A stretch of DNA of 43,155 nucleotides, from NCBI GenBank assembly GCA_036339495.1, contig JAYZAW010000157.1, forward strand, positions 1-43,155, given 5' to 3'. The DNA comes from Pseudomonadota bacterium (GTDB lineage: Bacteria; Pseudomonadota; Alphaproteobacteria; MPNO01). The notes beneath the pieces were generated by a model that was not told where the DNA came from, searched no databases, and worked only from the letters and a program-made list of their open reading frames with translations. This document shows positions 7,771-15,931 of this stretch, piece after piece. A program made the translations under genes and the position numbers. Position 1 is the first letter of the stretch, and every line of letters begins with the position of its first letter.

Positions 7771-8803
7771 TGGCGCGCCGGGCGTTGAAGTCGGCGCGCC
7801 GCCGCGCCATGTCGTCGGCCAGGCGCAGCGCGGCGATCAGGCTGTCCGGGTTCGCCGTGCCCGCGCCCGCGATATCGAGCGCGGTGCCGTGATCGGGCGA
7901 GGCGCGGATGAACGGCAGGCCGGCGGTGACGTTCACCCCGCCGTCGAAATCGATGGTCTTGATCGGGATCAGCGCCTGGTCGTGATACATGCAGATCGCG
8001 GCGTCGTATGTCGCCCGCGCCCGCTCGTGGAACATGGTGTCGGCGGCGGCCGGGCCGCGAACATCCATCCCGTCGCTTTTGAGCTGCTTGACCGCGGGTG
8101 CGATGATGCGGATTTCCTCATCTCCCATATGTCCGGCCTCGCCCGCGTGCGGGTTCAATCCCGAAACTACAAGGCGCGGCCGGTCGATGCCGAAATCGCT
8201 GGTCAGCGTGGCGGCGGTCACCCTGCCGGCGTGGATGATATCTTCGGTTTTAAGCGCGATGATCGCTTCCGCCAGCGCCAGATGAATGGTCACCGGCACG
8301 ACCCGCAGCTGAGGGCAGGCCAGCAGCATGATCGGCGCGGTGTCGATCCCGGCGAGTTCGGCGAGATATTCCGTGTGGCCCGGATGCTTGAACCCGGCCG
8401 CATAGAGCGCCGCCTTGTGGATCGGGTTGGTGACGACCGCCGAGGCGCGGCCATCGTAGACCAGTTCGACTGCCCGGTCGATGGATTGTATGACCGCCGC
8501 CCCATTGGCGGGGTTCAGCGTACCGGGTTCCACTTCCGCCGGCAGTTTCACGGGTAAAACCGGCAGCGCGTCGCGAAAGACGTCCCAGGCGTCTTCCGGT
8601 GCGGAAATTTCCCGCACCGGCGCATCGAAACCAATCCGATCGGCGAGCGCCGCCAGCCGGCCGGGATCATCCAGCATGAAAAACGGCGGCATGGGTCGGT
8701 CCTGGGTCTTGTCCCGGCCGCGCCACGCCATCAGGGAAATTTCGCCGCCCACCCCCGCCGGCTCTCCCATGGTCACCGCCAGTGGGAGTTCGGCTCCGGT
8801 CAT
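7763..8803 (-). CDS. pdxA: 4-hydroxythreonine-4-phosphate dehydrogenase
   Basis: [22 protein letters not shown]..., NPHAGE and SPDHGTA motifs. The ATG at 8803 forms an ATGA overlap with the surA stop. The track's extra 46 aa upstream is overextension. Confidence 0.9.
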   Translation of the reverse strand: MTGAELPLAVTMGEPAGVGGEISLMAWRGRDKTQDRPMPPFFMLDDPGRLAALADRIGFDAPVREISAPEDAWDVFRDALPVLPVKLPAEVEPGTLNPANGAAVIQSIDRAVELVYDGRASAVVTNPIHKAALYAAGFKHPGHTEYLAELAGIDTAPIMLLACPQLRVVPVTIHLALAEAIIALKTEDIIHAGRVTAATLTSDFGIDRPRLVVSGLNPHAGEAGHMGDEEIRIIAPAVKQLKSDGMDVRGPAAADTMFHERARATYDAAICMYHDQALIPIKTIDFDGGVNVTAGLPFIRASPDHGTALDIAGAGTANPDSLIAALRLADDMARRRADFNARRAIA

Positions 8804-10059
8804 ACGCGGATGTCCACGACCGCGCGGCTGCGGACGTCGCGCAGATACCGGCGCGACATCATGTCGAGACGCTGGCGCGTCAATTGATCGCCGATCTGCT
8901 CGCGGCTCGGCAGTTGGCTCTTGGGCTCGTTGCGTTCGCACACCATGAGCAGCAAAAAACCATCGGGCATGCGCACGGGCTGGCTGGCTTCGCCGATCTC
9001 CAACCCGGTAACCGCCTTTCGGATGCCGGGCGAAAGTTCGGCCAGTGAAAATTTTCCGAGCGTCGTCGGGCGCGGCGAATGGACTTCCTTGGACAGGGCG
9101 ATCATGTCCTTGCAGCCCGACACGGATTCGCGCACCGTCTTGGCGAGGTCGATCTGACTCGCTACTTCGTTCGGAACCGCGTTTTTGGGGATCGGCAGGA
9201 AAATCTGTTTGAGATCGACCTTGATTTTGGATTTATCCGGCGCGGCATTCTTCCGCGTTTTGGTCAGATAGATGATACGCAAGCCGTTAAGGGTTTTAAT
9301 CGGACCGGCCACGCTGCCCTCTTTCATCTTCGGCACGATTTTGCGGAGTTCGGGCGCGAGATCGTTTGCCGAAACCCATCCCAAGTCGCCATTTACCGCC
9401 GCCGTGGCGCTGCGTGAAAATTGCCGCGCCAGCGCGCCGAACCGGGCGCCCTTGCCGATTTGCCGGACCAGCCCCTGGGCGGTCTTGCGGACCCGGATCT
9501 CATCGTCGGGAGAATCCACGGTCAGTAAGATTTCCGCGATCCGGTATTGAAGCTTGCCCCGATCCCGCTTGAGCCGTTCCAGCGCCGAATCGATTTCGTC
9601 GGGTCCCACCGATATTCGTGGCTGCAAGCGCCGGCCAATCAGTTTGGACCACGCGATATTGGCGCGAAGCTGGTCGCGCACGGTCTGCGCCTCGATATTG
9701 TTTTTCTCCAGAAAACGATTGAATCCGCCTTTCGGAACTTTGTTCTGTTTCTCGATCCTTGTGATTGACCGAACCATGTCCTTTTTGGTGACGGATATGT
9801 TCCGGCGCTTCGCTTCCTGAATCTGAAGGCGTTCGTCGATCAGTGAGCGCAACACCTGGGGAGTGATTTGACGTCGAATTCTCTTATTATCTGGAATTTG
9901 CGAAGAGACAATCACCAGTCGAATCCGCGAATTCAGATCATACTGGGAAATAATGTCGTCGTTAACGATGGCGGCGATCCGCTGGACCTGTTGCGCAACG
10001 GAAGAACCCGGTCCGGTCGCCAAGGCCAGGGCGACGATAAACATGAAACGTCGAAACAT
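8800..10059 (-). CDS. surA: periplasmic chaperone / peptidyl-prolyl isomerase SurA
   Basis: Signal peptide MFRRFMFIVALALATGPGSSVAQ, a SurA N-terminal domain (IAAIVNDDIISQYDL) and a parvulin-like domain. It sits in the position preceding pdxA-rsmA. Confidence 0.9.
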   Translation of the reverse strand: MFRRFMFIVALALATGPGSSVAQQVQRIAAIVNDDIISQYDLNSRIRLVIVSSQIPDNKRIRRQITPQVLRSLIDERLQIQEAKRRNISVTKKDMVRSITRIEKQNKVPKGGFNRFLEKNNIEAQTVRDQLRANIAWSKLIGRRLQPRISVGPDEIDSALERLKRDRGKLQYRIAEILLTVDSPDDEIRVRKTAQGLVRQIGKGARFGALARQFSRSATAAVNGDLGWVSANDLAPELRKIVPKMKEGSVAGPIKTLNGLRIIYLTKTRKNAAPDKSKIKVDLKQIFLPIPKNAVPNEVASQIDLAKTVRESVSGCKDMIALSKEVHSPRPTTLGKFSLAELSPGIRKAVTGLEIGEASQPVRMPDGFLLLMVCERNEPKSQLPSREQIGDQLTRQRLDMMSRRYLRDVRSRAVVDIRV

Positions 10060-10256
10060 ATTCGTTTTCTATTCCCGGCGAATTCCATCCCGGATGCCCC
10101 ATGCACCAAGGTTATCGCCATCTTTGAAAATTTACAGTCGGACTATAGCCCCAGAACGCCTGCCGAGGCAATTCTCCAAGATGAGTTTTGGCGTAATTTT
10201 TATGAATTAATCGGTGGCATTCAGCCGTTTTTCGTTAACCATAACGCAGATCGGCG

Positions 10257-11354
10257 TTAACCATCCTCGAGATGAAATGTCATTGCGACGCCGAGAAGGC
10301 AGCTGATCACGGCGGGGCTCCAGGCCGCCAGTACGACGGGTATTCGCGCCGATATTCCCAATGCGGACACGACGTCCGACAGAAAATACAGCAGGAATCC
10401 GGTTCCGATTCCGCCAATGATAAGAATGCCAGTTCCGCCCCGTCGGATTTGGCGCAGGGAAAACGTCGCGGCCAGCATGACCATGCCGCAGAGCAGCAGC
10501 GGCAGGGCCAGTTGCGAGTGCCAGTAGAGCTGGTGGCGAAGTCCGGAAAACCCGGCCGCCTCCAGGACTGAAATAAAATGCGGTAGAGCCCAAAACGACA
10601 ATGTTTCCGGCGGCGCGAAGCTGTCGTGAATGTTTTCCGGCGTCAAGTCGGTATCGATGCGGTGCTGGGCGAGCTTGCGAGGCGGCTGATCCGGTCCGGT
10701 GATTTGGACTTTCTCAAGCTGCCAATATCCGTTTTTGAGCCGCGCGACCGGCGCGTCGATGCGCCCGACGAAGCTGTCCTGATTCTGCATCAGGAAAATG
10801 ATCACATCGTCGAGCCGCATTTCATTCGGCGAAACCTTGTTGGCGTGGATGATGTAATGTCCCCGGTCGGTCGCCTGACGCAGCCAGATGCCTTCATCGG
10901 AAACCGCGGCCAGGCTGGATTTCCCCCGGATATATTTCGCTTCAAGCTGTTCGTAGCGGAGCAGCATCGCCGACGAAAGGGGATTGAACACAGCCACGGT
11001 AACGGCGCCGATCAGTATCGCCAGCACCATGACCGGCGCGAGGAACTGCCATCCGGAAACACCGGCTGACCGAACCACGACAATTTCATTGCTCCGGTTT
11101 AGCCGCCAGAACAGGAACATCGCGCCAAACAGGATCGCAAACGGGATCGCCTTTTCGATCATATGCGGAGTCTTGAACAGAGCCATACTGATGACGATAC
11201 CGATGGTGGCGCCCTCGCGTCCGGACGTCCGCCGAATAAGTTCGAGCGTGTCGAACAGCAAAATGATCGCCACCAGGGCGAGAATCATGCAACCGAACCA
11301 GAGCAGAAACTGGCGGCCGATATAGCCGTTTAGGGTGGATGATGGGCGGGCCAT
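10257..11354 (-). CDS. lptG: LPS export ABC transporter permease LptG
   Basis: YjgP/YjgQ-family topology (N-terminal TMs, periplasmic beta-jellyroll region, C-terminal TMs). It follows lptF. ATG start. Confidence 0.9.
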   Translation of the reverse strand: MARPSSTLNGYIGRQFLLWFGCMILALVAIILLFDTLELIRRTSGREGATIGIVISMALFKTPHMIEKAIPFAILFGAMFLFWRLNRSNEIVVVRSAGVSGWQFLAPVMVLAILIGAVTVAVFNPLSSAMLLRYEQLEAKYIRGKSSLAAVSDEGIWLRQATDRGHYIIHANKVSPNEMRLDDVIIFLMQNQDSFVGRIDAPVARLKNGYWQLEKVQITGPDQPPRKLAQHRIDTDLTPENIHDSFAPPETLSFWALPHFISVLEAAGFSGLRHQLYWHSQLALPLLLCGMVMLAATFSLRQIRRGGTGILIIGGIGTGFLLYFLSDVVSALGISARIPVVLAAWSPAVISCLLGVAMTFHLEDG

Positions 11355-11384
11355 TCCGGTGTGGTTCCTCAGCTCCTGGATTGG

Positions 11385-12506
11385 TTATGCGGTCGCCGGC
11401 GCGTTCGGCGCGGGACGGCGTCGCTTTTTGCGGTTGCGAAGCAGTGCGTATCCCGCAAACAGGATGGGCAGCAACGCGATGCCATACATCGCCGGCCCGA
11501 GTTCGGGAACTCGCTCTCCATAACTCTTGGCCGCCAGCACCGCCGCTTCCAACCCCACAACAGCGGCCACGGCGGAGACGATCCGCCCCATTTGGCCGCG
11601 CCGGTTGAAGTCGCCGGTCAGCAGAAAGGCGAGTCCGGTGAGAACGAAAGCCAGCCCCAGCAACGGCGAGGCCAGGCGGTGATGGCCTTCCATCCTGAAT
11701 TTTTGAAAATCCCAGATTTCGTCCGATTGTTCCATCGGGAAAAACAGTTCGTGAAGATAGCGTTCCCGGGAATCCCGCAAGCGCGTGTTCGGCGATTCCA
11801 CCAGACCGCTGAGTTCGAACGTGTAGTTGTCGAAATAAAGCAGCGACAGCCAGCCGTTATCGCCCTGGATTTCCTGGCGGTTGCCGTTGGCCATGACGAC
11901 CCTCGGCCCATTTACGCCCGCGACGATGGCGCCGCGTTCCGCCATCATGGTGGCCGGTTCCGAAGGCTTTCGATTGTCATGAATAATGATGCCGAGCAAT
12001 TCCCCGCCGGGGGATCGGTCGCGGATATAGACGGTGATTCCCTTCATGACGGGGTTGAAAACGCCCTCTTGCAGAATCACCGTGGAATAGGAGTTGCGCA
12101 AATGAAACTGCAGCTCCTTAAACTCGCGGTAGGATGTGGGAATCAGAAAAATCGTCATGAAGTAGCCGGCCAGCGTCAATAGCGCGGTCAAAATGATCGC
12201 CGGCCGGGCAAGGGCGAATTGGCTCCAGCCGGACGCGCGCAAGGCCACCAACTCGCTGTCGAGGATCATCTTGTTGTAACCGAACATGACCGCGGTAAAT
12301 GTCGCGATCGGCAGGATCAAGGATAGAAATGTCGGCAGCAAAAGCACCGTCAGATACAGGAATATCGGCGCCGATGCGCCCCGGTTGATGATCATTTCGA
12401 CAAAGCGCAGCGACTGCGTCAACCAGACCACGCAGGTCAGGGATATCGCGATGAAGACCGTCCACCAAAACAGCTGACGGAATATGTATCTTTCAGCCCT
12501 GTTCAC
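11385..12506 (-). CDS. lptF: LPS export ABC transporter permease LptF
   Basis: MNRAERYIFRQLF... is typical of the YjgP/YjgQ family. The gene is divergent from pepA, as in E. coli. GTG start. Confidence 0.9.
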   Translation of the reverse strand: MNRAERYIFRQLFWWTVFIAISLTCVVWLTQSLRFVEMIINRGASAPIFLYLTVLLLPTFLSLILPIATFTAVMFGYNKMILDSELVALRASGWSQFALARPAIILTALLTLAGYFMTIFLIPTSYREFKELQFHLRNSYSTVILQEGVFNPVMKGITVYIRDRSPGGELLGIIIHDNRKPSEPATMMAERGAIVAGVNGPRVVMANGNRQEIQGDNGWLSLLYFDNYTFELSGLVESPNTRLRDSRERYLHELFFPMEQSDEIWDFQKFRMEGHHRLASPLLGLAFVLTGLAFLLTGDFNRRGQMGRIVSAVAAVVGLEAAVLAAKSYGERVPELGPAMYGIALLPILFAGYALLRNRKKRRRPAPNAPATA

Positions 12507-12630
12507 AGCGGCACTATAATCCCTGTGAAGCAGACTGTCATACTGTCATAAAAGGGCAATCGGTTCTTTCATTTGCCGCCCGCATTGTTACATTGCCTTT
12601 CGACACACTCAATTTTCTGGAGCTTACGGT

Positions 12631-14133
12631 ATGAAGATCGGAATTTCGGCGCCCTCAATGCCTCGGTCCGGTGCGCTGGTCGCCGGCGTCCTCGATGGCG
12701 GAGAACTCGGCGCGACGGCGCAACGGCTCGATAAGGCGACCGACGGCGCGATCCAGCGCGGCATAAAAGCCAGCCGGTTCAACGGCGCGTCCGGACAAAC
12801 CCTGTCGCTGGTGGCGCCGGCCGGCGTGGGTGCCAGCCGGATCATTTTGGCCGGACTCGGCAAGCCGGACAAATTCGATGATCTCGCGGCGCAATCCTAT
12901 GGCGGCGCTATTGTCGCCTTGCTGGAGAAATCCGGCGAGAAAGCCGTCAACATTGCGGTCGATGCGGTCAAGGGCGTCAAACTGAAGCCGGCGGAGATCG
13001 CCGCCAACATGGCCTATGGCGCGCTGCTGCGCAGCTACAGCTTCGAAAAATACCGCACTACCCGTAAGCCGAACCAGATACCAAGCCTGCAGACGGTAAC
13101 CGTGACCACCCGCAACGACGGCGATGCGCGCAAGCTCTACCGGCCGATGACAAAGATCGCCGACGGCGTGTTCATGACCCGCGATCTGGTGTCGGAACCG
13201 GCCAATGTGATTTATCCCGAAACCCTGGCGGCCGAAGCCAAAACGCTCACCAAGCTCGGTGTACAGGTGCAGGTGCTCGGCCGCGCCCAGATGGAGAAGC
13301 TCGGCATGGGCGCGTTGCTCGGCGTGGCCCAGGGCAGCGCGCGCGAACCCAAGATGGCGATCATGCGCTGGAACGGCGCGCCGCGGGCCAAGGACAAGCG
13401 GCCGATCGCCTTCGTCGGCAAGGGCGTGACCTTCGATACCGGCGGCATTTCCATCAAGCCCGCCGGCGGCATGGAAGACATGAAATGGGACATGGGCGGA
13501 TCGGGCGTCGTGATTGGACTGATGAAGGCGTTGGCCGGCCGCAAGGCAAAGGTCAACGCGGTCGGAATTGTCGGGCTGGTGGAAAATATGCCGTCCTCGA
13601 CCGCCCAGCGCCCCGGCGACGTGGTGACGTCGATGTCCGGGCAAACCGTTGAAGTGATCAATACGGACGCGGAAGGCCGGCTCGTGCTGGGTGACGCGCT
13701 CTGGTACTGCCAGGAAAAATTCAAACCGAGCATGATCGTCGATCTCGCGACATTGACCGGCGCGATCATCGTCGCGCTGGGCCATCAATATGCCGGGGTG
13801 TTTTCCAATGACGACGAACTGTCGGCCCGGCTTGACGCCGCCGGTAAATCGGTCGGCGAGGGGGTCTGGCGCATGCCGCTGGGCGAGGCCTATGACAAAC
13901 AGATCAACTCGGACATCGCCGATATGAAAAATGTCGGCGGGCGCGACGGCGGCTCCATCACCGCGGCCCAGTTCCTGCAGCGCTATATCAAGAAAGGCGT
14001 GGCCTGGGCCCATATGGATATCGCCGGCGTAACCTGGTCGAAAGCGGCAAAGCCGACCGTGCCGAAGGGCGGCACCGCGTTCGGCGTGCGCCTGCTCGAC
14101 CGCATGGTGCGGGACAATTACGAGGAAGGCTAG
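12631..14133 (+). CDS. pepA: leucyl aminopeptidase (M17)
   Basis: VGKGVTFDTGGISIKP and NTDAEGRLVLGDAL motifs. 500 aa. Confidence 0.95.
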   Translation: MKIGISAPSMPRSGALVAGVLDGGELGATAQRLDKATDGAIQRGIKASRFNGASGQTLSLVAPAGVGASRIILAGLGKPDKFDDLAAQSYGGAIVALLEKSGEKAVNIAVDAVKGVKLKPAEIAANMAYGALLRSYSFEKYRTTRKPNQIPSLQTVTVTTRNDGDARKLYRPMTKIADGVFMTRDLVSEPANVIYPETLAAEAKTLTKLGVQVQVLGRAQMEKLGMGALLGVAQGSAREPKMAIMRWNGAPRAKDKRPIAFVGKGVTFDTGGISIKPAGGMEDMKWDMGGSGVVIGLMKALAGRKAKVNAVGIVGLVENMPSSTAQRPGDVVTSMSGQTVEVINTDAEGRLVLGDALWYCQEKFKPSMIVDLATLTGAIIVALGHQYAGVFSNDDELSARLDAAGKSVGEGVWRMPLGEAYDKQINSDIADMKNVGGRDGGSITAAQFLQRYIKKGVAWAHMDIAGVTWSKAAKPTVPKGGTAFGVRLLDRMVRDNYEEG

Positions 14134-14136
14134 GTA

Positions 14137-14589
14137 ATGGCGGAGATCGGGTTCTACCATTTGACCCGGACGCCGCTGGAACGGGCCTTGCCTCAGCTGC
14201 TGGAGAAAATTCATGGCAGCGGCGCGCGCGCCGTGGTCATGGCGGGCTCGGCCGAACGGGTCGATACGCTCAACGCCGCGCTCTGGACCTTCGATGCGGC
14301 GTCGTTCCTGCCCCATGGGGCGACGCGCGACGGTAATCCGGAATCGCAACCGATCTGGCTGACCGCGGAAGACGAAAACCCCAACCAGTCGACATTTCTG
14401 GTCCTGACCGACGGCGCGTCCTCGGAGAATGTCGGCAAATACGAGCGCTGCTTCGAAATGTTCGACGGGCACGACGAGCGGGCGCTGGCCGCCGCCCGGA
14501 CAAGCTGGAAAACCTACCGCGACGCCGGCCACGACCTGACCTATTGGCAGCAAACCGAACAAGGAGGCTGGGAAAAGAAGTATGTTTAG
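14137..14589 (+). CDS. holC: DNA polymerase III chi subunit
   Basis: MAEIGFYHL... and 150 aa, directly after pepA (conserved pepA-holC pair). Confidence 0.85.
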   Translation: MAEIGFYHLTRTPLERALPQLLEKIHGSGARAVVMAGSAERVDTLNAALWTFDAASFLPHGATRDGNPESQPIWLTAEDENPNQSTFLVLTDGASSENVGKYERCFEMFDGHDERALAAARTSWKTYRDAGHDLTYWQQTEQGGWEKKYV

Positions 14590-14637
14590 GACCGCATCCC
14601 ATTTCGGCGTGACTGTCCGAGGATTTATTGATCCAAT

Positions 14638-15018
14638 TCAGCCGTCGAGAGTTTGTCTCACCTTGGCCGCCAGCTTACTTATTTCAACCGGTTTGGAAAT
14701 GATTTCCGCGCCTTCCGGCAGTTCAAGATCCGGAAATGAATTATAGCCGCTCATGAATAGATATTTTAGGTTCGGTAATTTTTTGCGGATGAGATGGGAT
14801 ATATCGATCCCATTCATGCCGCCCGGCAGGACCACGTCGGAAAGCAGGAGATCTATCTCCCCGGCGTTGTTGGCAATTTCAGTTGCACCGACCCCATCTT
14901 TAGCCACCAGGACTCTGTAGCCCAGTTTTTCCAATGATTTTGTCGTCGCATCACGAACGGCAACTTCATCCTCGACCAGCAAAATGGTTTCGCCTTTACC
15001 TTGCTGCTGGCCCGCCAT
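14638..15018 (-). CDS. stand-alone response-regulator receiver domain (126 aa), possibly a remnant of a hybrid sensor kinase
   Basis: ETILLVEDEVAVRD, DLLLSDVVLPGGMNG, LFMSGY and ISKP are canonical REC motifs. The only ATG (15016-15018) is antisense to a His codon of the facing TctC pseudogene. The track's 323-aa version runs antisense through that pseudogene. Confidence 0.75.
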   Translation of the reverse strand: MAGQQQGKGETILLVEDEVAVRDATTKSLEKLGYRVLVAKDGVGATEIANNAGEIDLLLSDVVLPGGMNGIDISHLIRKKLPNLKYLFMSGYNSFPDLELPEGAEIISKPVEISKLAAKVRQTLDG

Positions 15019-15876
15019 CTCGGCAAATTCATTCCGGGAAATCCGACCATCGTGGTCCAGCACATGCCGGGCGCCGGCGGCCTGAAATCGGCGAATTTCG
15101 CCTATAACGCCATGCCCAAGCAAGGTTACAACCTTCATATGCCGCCGGACATGTCCATGGTCTCCCAAGTGCTGCGGCCCAAGAAGGTCAAGTATGACGC
15201 GCGCAATTTCACCTGGCTGGGGCGGGTGTTCGGGTCCAATGGTCTGATCGCGGTCCGGCGCGACACCGGCGTTACCACTCTGAAACAGGCCAAGATGAAA
15301 CAGGTTATCATGGGCTCGACCGGCAAAGGGTCGCCGACATTTATCGTGACCAGCCTGGTCAATGGCCTGGTTGGCACCAAATTCAAGATCGAGACTGGCT
15401 ACAAGGGCTCGGCCCGCACCAAGCTGGCCATGGAACAGGGCGAGGTGTTCGGCATTTCGTTGGCTTGGGCTAGCTGGAAGAATGACAAGGAAGCCTGGTT
15501 CAAGGGCCCGAATTCCTTCGCCGTCGGCCTGATCCAAAGCGGCTTCGCCCGCGACAAGGATTGGTCCAATACGCCGTTGATCTAGGAACTGGTCAGCGAT
15601 CCGGACCAAAACGCGGCGGCCGATCTGATCGCGACGTCGAGCCTGATCGGACGCGGTCTTGTGCTGCCGTCGGGCACGCCGGAAAAGCTGGTCGAACCGC
15701 TGCGCGAAGCATTCTGGAAGACGGTCAATTCGCCGGGTTTCATCGCCGACGCCAAGAAGACCAGACTTCCGCTACTGCAAAAAAGAGGCGCGGAAATTCA
15801 AAAGACCGCGATCCGCATCCTGGGTATGTCGCCCAAGGCGGTCGCCGTGGCGCGCAAAGCGATTTTTGGCAAATAG
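15001..15876 (+). pseudogene. TctC/Bug-family tripartite tricarboxylate transporter substrate-binding protein. It is 5'-truncated and interrupted by an in-frame TAG at 15583-15585.
   Basis: ARHLGKFIPGNPTIVVQHMPGAGG... is typical of Bug/TctC proteins but begins about 40-50 aa into the family (no signal peptide). The ORFs 15001-15585 and 15661-15876 share one frame (660 nt apart). They read ...DWSNTPLI*ELVSDPDQNAAADLIATSSLIGRGLVLPSGTPEKLV... across the single TAG. Confidence 0.7.
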
Positions 15877-15894
15877 CGTAAAGCGGAGTTCTTC

Positions 15895-15926
15895 TCCCCG
15901 GTCAAATTTTGGTATTTGACCGGGGA
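15895..15926. terminator. 12-bp perfect hairpin between convergent genes (possible bidirectional terminator)
   Basis: TCCCCGGTCAAA (15895-15906) pairs with TTTGACCGGGGA (15915-15926) around the loop TTTTGGTA. There is no clean flanking T-run on either strand. Confidence 0.4.
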
Positions 15927-15931
15927 AGGAT

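Noticed and set aside
12655-14562. 635-aa ORF on the minus strand, plus similar long ORFs at 31959-33155 (+), 20370-21377 (+), 38121-39392 (-), 16253-17167 (+), 25559-26431 (+), 7697-8557 (+) and 11361-12182 (+)
   Set aside because: All run antisense to genes with unmistakable family motifs (pepA/holC, mutM, NRDE, MFS/moeB, ABC-F, gyrB, pdxA, lptF). Their products are Arg/Gly/Pro/His-rich low-complexity strings typical of open antisense frames in GC-rich DNA.
15019-15609. Upstream 197 codons of the 323-aa track ORF containing the receiver domain
   Set aside because: This part is antisense to the TctC-family frame, which carries clear family similarity. The minus-strand translation there shows no kinase motifs (no H-box, N, G1 or G2 boxes).
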